Shown piece by piece: positions 9,970 through 22,675 of a DNA stretch of 64,000 nucleotides. Both the position numbers and the translations under genes were made by a program. The DNA is taken from contig JAUCBJ010001428.1 in assembly GCA_032718475.1 (NCBI GenBank), forward strand, positions 854 through 64,853. Direction: 5' to 3'. This DNA comes from Nemertoderma westbladi (Eukaryota; Animalia; Xenacoelomorpha). Positions within the stretch are counted from its first letter, which is position 1, and every line of letters begins with the position of its first letter. The notes under the pieces are model-generated. The model was not told the origin of the DNA, did no database searches, and was given only the letters and a program-made list of their open reading frames with translations.

Positions 9970-12900
9970 GAGTGCAATAAAGTAACTGTAGTGAATAAAA
10001 CATGTTGGGAGTGCAATAAAGTAGCTGAAGGGAATAAAACATGTTGGGAGTGCAATAAAGTAACTGTAGTGAATAAGACATGTTGGGAGTGCAATAAAGT
10101 AGCTGAAGGGAATAAAACATGTTGGGAGTGGAATAAAGTAACTGAAGTGAATAAAACATGTTGGGAGTGGAATAAAGTAACTGAAGTGAATAAAACATGT
10201 TGGGAGTGCAATAAAGTAACTGTAGTGAATAAAACATGTTGGGAGTGCAATAAAGTAACTGTAGTGAATAAAACATGTTGGGAGTGCAATAAAGTAGCTG
10301 AAGGGAATAAAACATGTTGGGAGTGCAATAAAGTAACTGTAGTGAATAAAACATGTTGGGAGTGCAATAAAGTAACTGTAGTGAATAAAACATGTTGGGA
10401 GTGGAATAAAGTAGCTGAAGGGAATAAAACATGTTGGGAGTGCAATAAAGTAACTGTAGTGAATAAAACATGTTGGGAGAGCAATAAAGTAGCTGAAGGG
10501 AATAAAACATGTTGGGAGTGCAATAAAGTATCTGTAGTGAATAAAACATGTTGGGAGTGCAATAAAGTAGCTGAAGGGAATAAAACATGTTGGCAGTGCA
10601 ATAAAGTAGCTGAAGGGAATAAAACATGTTGGGAGTGGAATAAAGTAACTGAAGTGAATAAAACATGTTGGGAGTGCAATAAAGTAACTGTAGTGAATAA
10701 AACATGTTGGGAGTGCAATAAAGTAACTGTAGTGAATAAAACATGTTGGGAGTGCAATAAAGTAACTGTAGTGAATAAAACATGTTGGGAGTGCAATAAA
10801 GTAACTGTAGTGAATAAAACATGTTGGGAGTGCAATAAAGTAACTGTAGTGAATAAAACATGTTGGGAGTGCAATAAAGTAACTGTAGTGAATAAAACAT
10901 GTTGGGAGTGCAATAAAGTAACTGTAGTGAATAAAACATGTTGGGAGTGCAATAAAGTAGCTGAAGGGATTAAAACATGTTGGGAGTGCAATAAAGTAAC
11001 TGAAGGGATAAAACATGTTGAGAGTGCAATAAAGTAACTGAAGGGATAAAACATGTTGGGAGTGCAATAAAGTAACTGTAGTGAATAAAACATGTTGGGA
11101 GTGCAATAAAGTAGCTGAAGGGAATAAAACATGTTGGGAGTGGAATAAAGTAACTGTAGTGAATAAAACATGTTGGGAGTGCAATAAAGTAGCTGAAGGG
11201 AATAAAACATGTTGGGAGTGCAATAAAGTAACTGTAGTGAAAAAAACATGTTGGGAGTGCAATAAAGTAACTGTAGTGAATAAAACATGTTGGGAGTGCA
11301 ATAAAGTATCTGTAGTGAATAAAACATGTTGGGAGTGCAATAAAGTAACTGTAGTGAATAAAACATGTTGGGAGTGCAATAAAGTAGCTGAAGGGAATAA
11401 AACATGTTGGGAGTGGAATAAAGTAACTGAAGTGAATAAAACATGTTGGGAGTGCAATAAAGTAACTGTAGTGAATAAAACATGTTGGGAGTGCAATAAA
11501 GTAACTGTAGTGAATAAAACATGTTGGGAGTGCAATAAAGTAACTGTAGTGAATAAAACATGTTGGGAGTGCAATAAAGTAGCTGAAGGGAATAAAACAT
11601 GTTGGGAGTGCAATAAAGTAACTGAAGGGAATAAAACATGTTGGGAGTGCAATAAAGTAACTGTAGTGAATAAAACATGTTGGGAGTGCAATAAAGTAGC
11701 TGAAGGGAATAAAACATGTTGGGAGTGGAATAAAGTAACTGAAGTGAATAAAACATGTTGGGAGTGCAATAAAGTAACTGTAGTGGATAAAACATGTTTG
11801 GAGTGCAATAAAGTAACTGAAGGGATAAAACATGTTGGGAGTGGAATAAAGTAACTGAAGGGAATAAAACATGTTGGGAGTGCAATAAAGTAACTGAAGG
11901 GATAAAACATGTTGGGAGTGGAATAAAGTAACTGTAGTAAATAAAACATGTTGGGAGTGCAATAAAGTAACTGTAGTGAATAAACCATGTTGGGAGTGCA
12001 ATAAAGTAGCTGAAGGGAATAAAACATGTTGGGAGTGGAATAAAGTAACTGAAGTGAATAAAACATGTTGGGAGTGCAATAAAGTAACTGTAGTGAATAA
12101 AACATGTTGGGAGTGCAATAAAGTAGCTGAAGGGAATAAAACATGTTGGGAGTGGAATAAAGTAACTGAAGTGAATAAAACATGTTGGGAGTGCAATAAA
12201 GTAACTGTAGTGAATAAAACATGTTGGGAGTGCAATAAAGTAACTGAAGGGATAAAACATGTTGGGAGTGGAATAAAGTAACTGAAGGTAATAAAACATG
12301 TTGGGAGTGCAATAAAGTAACTGAAGGGATAAAACATGTTGGGAGTGGAATAAAGTAACTGAAGTGAATAAAACATGTTGGGAGTGCAATAAAGTAACTG
12401 TAGTGAATAAAACATGTTGGGAGTGCAATAAAGTAACTGTAGTGAATAAAACATGTTGGGAGTGCAATAAAGTAACTGAAGGGATAAAACATGTTGGGAG
12501 TGGAATAAAGTAACTGAAGGGAATAAAACATGTTGGGAGTGCAATAAAGTAACTGAAGTGAATAAAACATGATGGGAGTGCAATAAAGTAACTGAAGGGA
12601 TAAAACATGTTGGGAGTGCAATAAAGTAACTGAAGTGAATAAAATATGTTGGGAGTGCAATAAAGTAACTGAAGGGATAAAACATGTTGGGAGTGGAATA
12701 AAGTAACTGAAGGGAATAAAACATGTTGGGAGTGCAATAAAGTAACTGAAGTGAATAAAACATGTTGGGAGTGCAATAAAGTAACTGAAGGGAATAAAAC
12801 ATGTTGGGAGTGCAATAAAGTAAATGAAGGAAATAAACCATGTTGAGAGTGCAATAAAGTAACTGAAGGGAATAAAACATGTTGGGAGTGCAATAAAGTA

Positions 12901-13071
12901 ACTGTAGTGAATAAAACATGTTGGGAGTGCAATAAAGTAACTGTAGTGAATAAAACATGTTGGGAGTGCAATAAAGTAACTGAAGTGAATAAAACATGTT
13001 GGGAGTGCAATAAAGTAACTGAAGTGAATAAAACATGTTGGGAGTGCAATAAAGTAACTGTAGTGAATAAA
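9970..13071. repeat. 39-bp satellite, right arm; more divergent distally with 38-bp deletion units
   Basis: Same unit resumes at the TSD; GAAGGGATAAAA (1-bp deletion) units accumulate after ~11000; array ends at GTGAATAAA ~13071. Confidence 0.99.
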
Positions 13072-13095
13072 TTAAATATAAAGATGGAGGCGCAC

Positions 13096-13529
13096 CTGGT
13101 AGTGATTGTGAAGTTGATTGCTGGGGAGTCGACGAAATATTCGGGTTACAGATTTGAGGAACTGATTCGTAAATTCGATATAAAATGGAGTCGGTCGATG
13201 GACTTATTATATCTGAGTTTCCTTCTATATTAGAGAGATTCAAGTCGGAGTCCCCCGACGGTGGGAGTTGGTTAGGAGGTAAAGAACAGTCGATATTCAT
13301 CGGTTCGATAGGCGGAATGGAACATTCCGATTGGATCTCTTCCTTAATGATAACTTCAGGAGCACCGCTAGGGGGAGACCTTGTAATTGGAGACGTTACA
13401 GTTACAGTTAGTGGAGGGGCCACAGACTGGCTAGGGGGCCCCGCTGACGGGTGGGAAATAAACTGGGGTTGATTTATCGGGCGCCCCCTACCGCCTCTCT
13501 GTAGAACAGTCGATCCTCTTCCTAAAAAC
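13096..13529 (-). CDS. Putative coding exon 2 of an unknown spliced gene (Pro/Ser-rich)
   Basis: Acceptor TTTTTATAG|G at 13530/13529; open frame FLGRGS...VIIKEE...QSLP; possible donor CAG|GTGCGC at 13096/13095; more GC-rich than flanks. Confidence 0.5.
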
Positions 13530-14240
13530 CTATAAAAATATAATATATACCGGTAACAGAAATCCAACTAAATAATTATTATTTGAAAAGGAAAATATCT
13601 TATATTGGAAGTATCACTAATGTTAGGCCCTATAATATTTAATATTCTTATATTATTTAATATTCTTTTATTATTTAATATGCTTAGATTATTTAACATT
13701 CTAATATTATTAGATTATTATTATTATTAGAATATTATGTATTCCCAGACCAGCTAGTGTGAATGACAGAATGAACTCCATTCAGGAGCCTTTCTTCTAC
13801 ATCTTCTGTTTGTTTTAGTTTATTGTTTTGGTTAAAATATCGTGCCACTGTAACCTGCTCCTCTCCCTAAATTGAGAATTTAACATTGAGGCGGGATATT
13901 AATTCGCCAAGGTGGAGAATTATCTGAGACTAATAGGTCAGAGAGTACATTACTAAGTTAAATTATATAACCATGCAATAGTAAATAATGAGTAAAGAAT
14001 ATGGCTGTGTTTAATTGATTATCTGTGAAATTTACACCTGGCAGAAATTAAGGCTTGCCTGACTGACTGAAGGACTGGAACTGACCCTAAACATTTAAAA
14101 CAAAATGTAATGCTGTAATAGGGAGAGGCTCCCACAAAGTTATGGCCTGTGCTGCTGTGGTCTCCCACTCCCACAACCTAAATCCTGAATTCCGCCCTGG
14201 GTTGTGTCTTCCAGTATCAACCTGTCCCACCTAGACCTAC

Positions 14241-14668
14241 CTGTATCTTCCAGTTCTACCACTCATGAAGGGTGATCCGGTATTCCTGTGCCGTAAACTC
14301 GAATAAGGTAATCTTTCAATGTAGGACGATTGTTGCGTCCCGCCTCTTGGTAGCGATGGAATGTTTGGCACGGTGTCTAAGGCCCCACTGGTAGAGTTAT
14401 CCTGTAAACTGTTCCATGATGTTGGTTGTAGTTCGCTGTCTAGCCTTCCAGTATCGTTGCCTAGCAACTTCTGTAACCAGACTGTTATTTGTCCAGCTGT
14501 ACAATTAGTCGTTACAAAATCGTCTAAGAAACTCGAATCATTCTTAAGATAATCTATAAGAAAGGACCTCATAAACGCGCCGTTCTCCAAACAGATGTTT
14601 ATAAAAGTTGATTTGGATATTAGAAACGCTGATGTTAAATCCACAGGAAGGACTGGTCCCTGAACCAT
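14241..14668 (-). CDS. Putative coding exon 1 of the same unknown gene
   Basis: ATG at 14668; 428 nt to donor CAG|GTAGGT; the phase-2 end (AG+G = Arg) joins exon 2 in its open frame. Confidence 0.5.
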
Positions 14669-15104
14669 CGTAGTACAATGTTAGTTGATGTGTATGTCTG
14701 GATATACAGATATAGGTAGGCCTAATCCTGCTTCAATCTGTCAATGCGGGGTACTGGCAGACTGGGATATAGGATCAGGCTGTCAGAGCTCAGAGGGTAG
14801 GCCTAGGTAATCCAGTAGGCCTACAGCAGTACGATAATCAAACTGCAATAGCAACCGACTGACCGATCGGGATGGTAGGCAAATTGAGCAATGACTGAAA
14901 CTGCATGAGCAACGATGAATGACAGAACAGAGTACCGGTACAAGCTGGTTCATGGAGTACAGTAGGCCTACTATAGCGGGATATCACTTGTTTCAGTATC
15001 TACTCTACAGTAGCTAGACCTACGATCTGTACTATACCAATTAAGTGAGAAATATATATCATGGCCTAGTATAATGTAACTGTAACAAACTGTAATAACA
15101 TTCT

Positions 15105-15430
15105 TATAGTCGAGTCAATCTAGCAAAAAACCCATAAGTATTTCGCAATCAATCCGTACCACATATTTTGGATTCTATATTACCTTATTAATGACCAAAA
15201 AAAAGTCTACAAAATTTTATTTTGCGGATCATATGTTTATTCAGGGAAATTCTGCGTAAATTTGCATAACACAAGCCAAACAAAAGGAACAGTAGGGAAA
15301 AGTAAGTAGCAAATTGGTGATGTTCCAGAATAATTTAATTAATTTCACAATAAGCTGTGATTCAATGGGAAATTAGTAATATTTACACTGGCGTGTTACA
15401 CATTAATTGCTATATCTCGGAAACTAGAAG
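15105..15430. repeat. Dispersed repeat, diverged homologue of 31755-32010
   Basis: Shared blocks GTCGAGTC, GCAATCAATCCG, TATTTTGCGGATC, AAGCCAA, AGAATAATTTAATTAA in the same order. Confidence 0.75.
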
Positions 15431-17610
15431 TCGCATCAAATTTTTAAATATATCAAAAACTTCACGATATATTAAGCTAACTGTTGTAAAAAAATTATAC
15501 AATTCCACTGCAAGGAAATTTCATAATTTCCATTAATGTTAGTGAAGATTTTTCACATACTTAAATTGTGATTGCTCTATTGATTTTAGGTGTAATTTAT
15601 TTATTTGTTTTAGTTTAGAAACCACAATAGTTTATCATATAACAAATAAATTTTTTGGGGATAAGGGTTTTTGAGGTCGATAAATCCGATGGGCGAGGTT
15701 ACATCCACCCGTTTAGTAGAGAAGTTGTGTAAATAAGCTCCCTGTATTGTACCAGCAAAATTGGTATTAAAAATGGTTAAATTATTAGACAAATTTCCGT
15801 TGCTCTGGAAACTAAATTGGTAACTATATAGAAGTGCATACTTCTGTCAATCGATAGTCATTAGAGTAAAGTTTGTCTGTACCAAATTTGGAGAAAATCC
15901 CACCAATAGACCCCTTGTTGCTATGTAAAATCCATGTTGCTAAGGAAAGAAACAGGAAATTGAAGGTGATCCGCATAATATATTTTTATAGACTTTTTTG
16001 GGGGTATTAACAAGGCAATGTAGAATAGTTGTTTGGATGAATTGCGAATTTGTTATGGGTTGACCCCCTTTTTCGGCTAGATTGACTCGCCTATTAGGTG
16101 AAAGCCAAAGCTGATTAGTGATTTTCATCGGCAGGGCGGTACTGTTATGAGATATAAGTAAATTTCTACCATGTAGGGTGTAATGCGCTTAACAAATTCA
16201 TCATCCTATTGATACGCCATTTAATTGTAATAGTAGTTTTAATAGTTTTAAGAAAGGTGTGGATTGGATAGTTGTTATGAAGTGTTCAACCTTAGGAGTT
16301 TAGTGACGCCCACGCTGCCTTCGGTAACAGCCAAAAACGACGAGCCTTCATGTTTCGTGTTTAACAAGTTAACTGATCACTTTCAAATTACTTTGTAAAC
16401 TTGGACAGTGTTGTTAGAACTGTTTTCACCCAGCCGCAGCCATGGAATACCTGGGTGATTGTGGTGGCTCTGAGCGGCCAGTTTTGTAATCTTATTTTTG
16501 TTTCTCCGACTTTTTCGAACTCATTCGAACGACTTTACAAAACTAAAGGAAGACAAACGTTTTTTTTTATTTTTTTTTGTTCTCCCGACTTTTGCAAACT
16601 CGTTTGAACAAACACTCAGGAAAACAAAAAAACTTGCAAGGCCAACGCTCGCTCAACGCTCCACCAACTTCGCCAATACGCCATATGAAGCTTTATTACT
16701 AAAACCTAACAGGAAAAATTAACAACAACAATAAAAACAACAACGTAGTGATAGTAAATACTAGAGGTCTCGCTGCGCGGATCTAAAAATAAATACCCCC
16801 AGCTCCAATCTGCCAGTAGTGCGTAGTGGTACTAAAACTATAACTAATAATTTAGTTAAAACTATAACAAAACACAATGCGACTAGATTATTACTCAGTA
16901 TTACTGGTATGACGTGACATAAGGTAAGGTTTCAAATACAATATTTAGATATTAAGGACAGAATGTAGCCGAGAATATATATGTAGGCTCAAGGCGTACT
17001 AATATCTTATAAAATAATTAAAGGGTTTGACTAAAGTCCGCATTCGTATTCTACGATAACTATAAAATAATTCTTATTACATAGGAAAAGTGGAACTTTT
17101 TTCATTATTCTTGAGGGATCTCGTCAGCGAGTGAATAAAGGGTTGAGAGTATTGAAAACAAATGTTCTACTGTAGTTTTTTTATTATTTTTTTTTACTGC
17201 TGCAAATTTTTTATACTTTAAGTAGATCATTTAGTACGCCTATGTTTGGGGGGGGGGGGGGGGGGGGGTAGGTTTATATTTGTATGCAGTACTGTATCTT
17301 CTTAATCTGATCTTACATAGTTCTAATAAATACAGTCGACTTCTATTGTATTACATCCGGTTATTATTATTGTATACTGAAGTGGTTTCGTGACTATAAG
17401 CTGGAATGAAAGTTCATTGTTGTTATTGCTTTATAGTTTACTTCGGAATTTCGTACACTATCTTTAACTTAGTAATTCCTTTTGTCCGATAAATAATGCA
17501 TATTTTTAGTAAGTAAATTCGCTTCTTCATTTACCATCCTCAACTAGATGATTTCTTAAATCCCACAAATAATTTCAATTACAGTATATATAATTGCATT
17601 TTGGGGTGAT

Positions 17611-17997
17611 TCATTGGTGGTAGAATGCTTTAGTGAGTTTCTGTAGATATTCAGCACTTATCTCCATGTAATTTATCAGACCAACCACCCAATTTTCTTG
17701 GGTATCTCTATCTGCGAACCAGATGTAGCATTCTTTATGTGCTTCTAGATGACGGGAAATGGCAGGCAGATGTAAGTAAGCTTTTTTCTTAGCTTCCTTT
17801 GATTTCTTCTTTATTTTTATCCCATATTGTCTTGTTGTAGAACACCTCTTGCCTTGCACTGCTTCAAAATAATACTTATCCAAGTTGAACACCCTCTGAA
17901 ACTTTTTCGTTGCCTTTGTCTTTTTTGTTTCCATTCCTCGATATCTCAGCTTCCTATATCGGAATAATATCAGCTGTGGGGTTTCATATAGATTCAA
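17611..17997 (-). CDS. Short Lys-rich orphan ORF (128 aa), unknown
   Basis: Only an open frame in AT-rich DNA; no recognised motif. Confidence 0.2.
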   Translation of the reverse strand: MNLYETPQLILFRYRKLRYRGMETKKTKATKKFQRVFNLDKYYFEAVQGKRCSTTRQYGIKIKKKSKEAKKKAYLHLPAISRHLEAHKECYIWFADRDTQENWVVGLINYMEISAEYLQKLTKAFYHQ

Positions 17998-18245
17998 TTG
18001 TCCCCAAAATGATTTATCTTTCTCTTTATCCTGATATGCGTATATTATATCTTCTTCATCAAATACCTAAGTTAATAATAAATATAATTAAACTAATCTA
18101 TATAAAATTCTCTAAAAAATATAAATAAATTAAATTAAATACTTTATTACGTATTTCTACTGTATATACTGTAATACTTTTATTCCGCAGACATAGGCTA
18201 CTTTATGAAGACCAGTTGAATTACTAATAACTGTGAACAAAACTT

Positions 18246-21157
18246 AGGAGTAGCGCCGCCCCTACCCTCGGGTAGCAGATAGCAGTAGCGCCCACCCCTA
18301 CCTTCAGGTAGCAGATAGGAGTAGCGCCCATCCCTACCTTCGGGTAGCAGATAGGAGTAGCGACCACCCCCACCTTCGGGTAACATAGCAGATAGGAGTA
18401 GCGCCCACACCTACCCTCGGGTAGCAGATAGGAGTAGCGCCCACCCTTACCTTCTGGTAGCAGATAGGAGTAGCGCCCACCCCTACCTTCGGATAGCAGA
18501 TAGGAGTAGCGCCCACCCCTACCTTCAGGTAGCAGATAGGAGTAGCGCCCATCCCTACCTTCGGGTAGCAGATAGGAGTAGCGACCACCCCTACCTTCGG
18601 GTAGCAGATATGAGTAGCGCCCACCCCTACCTTCGGGTAGCAGATAGGAGTAGTGCCCACCCCTACTTTCGGGCAGCAGATAGGAGTAGCGCCCACCCCT
18701 ACCTTGGGGTAGCAGATAGGAGTAGCGCCCACCCCTACCATCGGATAGCAGATAGGAGTAGCGCCTACCCATACCTCCGGGTAGCAGATAGGAGTAGTGC
18801 CACCCCTACCTTCGGGTAGCAGATATCAGTAGCGCCTATCCCCACCTTCGGGTAGCAGATAGGAGTAGCACCCACCCCTACCTTCTGGTAGCAGATAAGA
18901 GTAGCGCCCACCCCTACCTTCGTGTAGCTGATATGAGTAGCGCCCACCCCTACCTTCGGGTAGCAGATAGGAGTAACGCCCACCCCTACCTTCGGGTAGC
19001 AGATAGGAGTAGCGCCCACCACTACCCTCGGGTAGCTGATAGGAGTAGCGCCCACCCCTACCTTCGGGTATGAGATAGGAGCAGCGCCCGCCCCTACCTT
19101 CGGGTGGCTAATAGGAGTAGCGCCCGCCCCTACCTTCGGGTAGCAGATAGGAGTAGCATCAACCCCTACCTTCGGGTAGCAGATAGGAGTAGCGGCCGCC
19201 CCTACCTTCGGGTAGCAGATAGGAGTAGCGCCCGCCCCTACCTTCGGGTGGCAGATAGGAGTAGCGCCCACCCCTACCTTCTGGTTGCAGATAGGAGTAG
19301 GGCCCACCCCTACCTTCAGGTAGCAGATAGGAGTAGCGCCAACCCCTACCTTCTGGTTGCAGATAGGAGTAGGGCCCACCCCTACCTTGGGGTAGCAGAT
19401 TGGAGTAGCGCCCACCCCTACCATCGGATAGCAGATAGGAGTAGCGCCCACCCCTACCTTCGGGTAGCATATAGGAGTAGGGCCCACCCCTACCTTCGGG
19501 TAGCAGATAGGAGTAGCGCCCACCCCTACCTTCGGGTAGCATATAGGAGTAGCGCCCACCCCTACCTTCGGGTAGTAGATAGGAGTAGCATCAACCCCTA
19601 CCTTCGGGTAGCAGATAGGAGTAGCGGCCGCCCATACCTTCGGGTAGCAAATAGGAGTAGTGCCACCCCTACCTTCGGGTAGCAGATATCAGTAGCGCCT
19701 ATCCCCACCTTCGGGTAGCAGATAGGAGTAGCGCCTACCCCTACCTTCTGGTAGCAGATAGGAGTAGAGCCCACCCCTACCTTCGGATAGCAGATAGGAG
19801 TAACGCCCACCCCTGCCTTCGGGTAGCAGATAGGAGTAGCGCCCACCCCTACCTTCGGGTAGCTGATAGGAGTAGCGCCCACCCCTACCTTCAGGTATGA
19901 GATAGGAGTAGCGCCCGCCCCTACCTTCGGGTGGCTAATAGGAGTAGCGCCCGCCCCTACCTTCGGGTAGCAGATAGGAGTAGCATCAACCCCTACCTTT
20001 GGGTAGCAGATAGGAGTAGCGGCCGCCCCTACCTTCGGGTAGCAGATAGGAGTAGCGCCCGCCCCTACCTTCGGGTGGCAGATAAGAGTAGCGCCCACCC
20101 CTACCTTCTGGTTGCAGATAGGAGTAGGGCCCACCCCTCCCTTCAGGTTGCAGATAGGAGTAGCGCCCACCCCCACCTTCGGGTAGCAGATAGGAGTAGT
20201 AGCGCCCATCCCTACCTTCGGGTAGCAGATAGGTGTAGCGCCCGCCCCTACCCTCCCTCGGGTAGCAGATAGGAGTAGCGCACACCCCTACCTTCGGGTA
20301 GTATATAGGAGTAGCGTCCACCCCTACCTTCGGGTAGCAGATATGAGTAGCGCCCACCCCTACCTTCGGGTAGCATATAGGAGTAGGGCCCACCCCTACC
20401 TTCGGGTAACAGATAGGAGTAGCGCCCACCCCTACCTTCGGGTAGCAGATAGGAGTAGCGCCCACCCCTACCTTCGGGTAGCAGATAGGAGTAGCACCAA
20501 CCCCTACCTTCGGGTAGCAGATAGGAGTAGTAGCGCCCATCCCTACCTTCGGGTAGCAGATAGGTGTAGCGCCCGCCCCTACCCTCCCTCGGGTAGCAGA
20601 TAGGAGTAGCGCACACCCCTACCTTCGGGTAGTATATAGGAGTAGCGTCCACCCCTACCTTCGGGTAGCAGATATGAGTAGCGCCCACCCCTACCTTCGG
20701 GTAGCATATAGGAGTAGGGCCCACCCCTACCTTCGGGTAACAGATAGGAGTAGCGCCCACCCCTACCTTCGGGTAGCAGATAGGAGTAGCGCCCACCCCT
20801 ACCTTCGGGTAGCAGATAGGAGTAGCACCAACCCCTACCTTCGCGTAGCAGATAGGAGTAGGGCCCACCCCTACCTTCAGGTAGCAGGTAGGAGTAGCGC
20901 CAACCCCTATTTTCTGGTTGCAGATAGGAGTAGGGCCCACCCCTACCTTCGGGTAGCAGATATAGGAGTAGCGCCCACCCCTACCCTTGTGTAGCAGATA
21001 GGAGTAGCGCTCACCCCTACCTTCGGGTAGCAGATAGGAGTAGCGCTCACCCCTACCTTCGGGTAGCAGATAGGAGTAACGCCCACACATACATTCGGGT
21101 TGCAGATAGGAGTAGCGCCCATCCCTACATTCGGGTTGCAGATAGTAGTAGCGCCCA
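18246..21157. repeat. 36-bp GC-rich minisatellite (~80 units)
   Basis: Unit GATAGGAGTAGCGCCCACCCCTACCTTCGGGTAGCA; internal 331-bp block duplication around 20190-20850. Confidence 0.98.
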
Positions 21158-21389
21158 TCGCTATCTTCTGGTTGGTTGCAGCTATCAAAAGAGGAGCCTT
21201 CGGGTCGCCTCCACTTCGACTCACTGTTTGCTTTTTACTTTAGTATATTATATATTATATACATGAAAAATATGATAAAACTAAATAATAAGTCAATTCA
21301 ACATTCAGCTTTAGGCCCCGGCGGCTTTAATTGGTAACATTGTCAGACATATATAAGAATATAGGAAGCATAATATATATTATATTATC

Positions 21390-21760
21390 ACTAGAGCTCT
21401 GCTTGAGAGTTCCTGCAGCTATTATTAGTTTGTTTGTTTGTTTGTGGCTGTGTGTGTGGCAGGAATATTTGAATCCAAATAAGTTGGTCAATCATGGATG
21501 AAATGGAACCAAACTTGGTACACATGTAGCCTATCAAAAGTTTAGAAATCTACACACAGACAGACTTCTATAGCCCCTCTGTCTGCCGCTAGGGGGCGAA
21601 TTGACAGAAACGTAAAAGTAGGCCTAGCTTTAATTAAAGAACCAACCATCAGATTCATATGAAATTAGGTAGTAGTAACCTACGAGCATTGCTTAATAAT
21701 TAGAAATTCTACACACCGACAGACAGACTTTTACAGTTCCTAGGGGGCGAATTGTCAGAG
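21390..21760. mobile_element. Possible non-autonomous Helentron/DINE-like remnant
   Basis: (GTTT)n microsatellite followed by ACCAAACTTGGTACACATGTAG; internal duplication of CTAGGGGGCGAATTG; related CCAAATTTGGTACATATGTAG at ~26505. Confidence 0.35.
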
Positions 21761-21946
21761 TTCCAGTTCATCGTGCTTAGCACGGTTTAATATCCATAAT
21801 ATACAGTACATAAATGAAGATGCACATAAGGTAGATAAATATAAAAAATACAAGTAGTCTGGCAAAGTCTTGAACCGAAAAATGACACCCATGTATAATA
21901 AAAGGTTGGGCGAGGATATATCATATATAAAATGGTTGCGCCTAAA

Positions 21947-22142
21947 TAAAATAGTCGGGCATAAAATGGTCGGACATAAAATGGTTGGACGTAAAATGGT
22001 CGGACATAAAATGGTCGGACGTAAAATGGTTAGACGTAAAATGGTCGGACGTACAATGGTCGGACGTAAAATGGTCGGACTAAAATGGTTGGACGTAAAA
22101 TGGTTGGACGTAAAATGGTCGGACGTAAAATTGTCGGGCATA
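21947..22142. repeat. 15-bp minisatellite (AAAATGGTCGGACGT)n, ~13 units
   Basis: Direct tandem repetition. Confidence 0.95.
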
Positions 22143-22373
22143 GAATAGAAAATGTATACACATTAATATGACACCCAATATGTACAAAGAATAGATAGTA
22201 GACTCTCTACTATTTCAAACATCAAACTATAATGTATATGAAGAATGTAGCCCAAAAAAAATAAATTGTACTGAATATTATAGAAATCAAACTGGGGAAT
22301 TGGGAGACAGTGGAAACATTCTTTATTTATTATACTAGTGGAGATTTGTTACATAATAATATTACCCCGGCTA

Positions 22374-22675
22374 GAGCCCCGTTCACATCCAACGGTGCGT
22401 GAGCGGTAAAGTACGTAGTCTGGCGGTATTGAAGTGGTAAGCCAGCGGTACACTACCCGGAGCCCGTTCACACCCAACGGTACCGTTGCGATAACTGATT
22501 GTCTATCTATCGACTGTTAATTCAACAGGAAATTACATTAATTGTTTAAATGGGCTGCGGTCAACAGCGTGGTTTAGCGCACAACTACCTGTTCGGTCGT
22601 TCACAGTCAGCGGTGTACCGCTGGCCCTGCGGTTCACCGCGCGGTGTACCGTTCCGTTGGATGTGAACGGGCCTT
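22374..22675. mobile_element. MITE, PIF/Harbinger-like
   Basis: Inverted termini CCCGTTCACATCCAACGG / CCGTTGGATGTGAACGGG; extra internal TIR-like copy at ~22460. Confidence 0.75.

Noticed and set aside
1-13071. CRISPR-like array
   Set aside because: No unique spacers, no cas genes, eukaryotic context.
18198-21224. Neuropeptide-precursor-like ORFs (GGRYSYLLPEGR repeats with GR sites)
   Set aside because: No signal peptide; frames broken by stops and indels; explained by the 36-bp repeat.
21755-22148. ORFs with PTILR / KMVGR repeats
   Set aside because: Translations of the 15-bp minisatellite.
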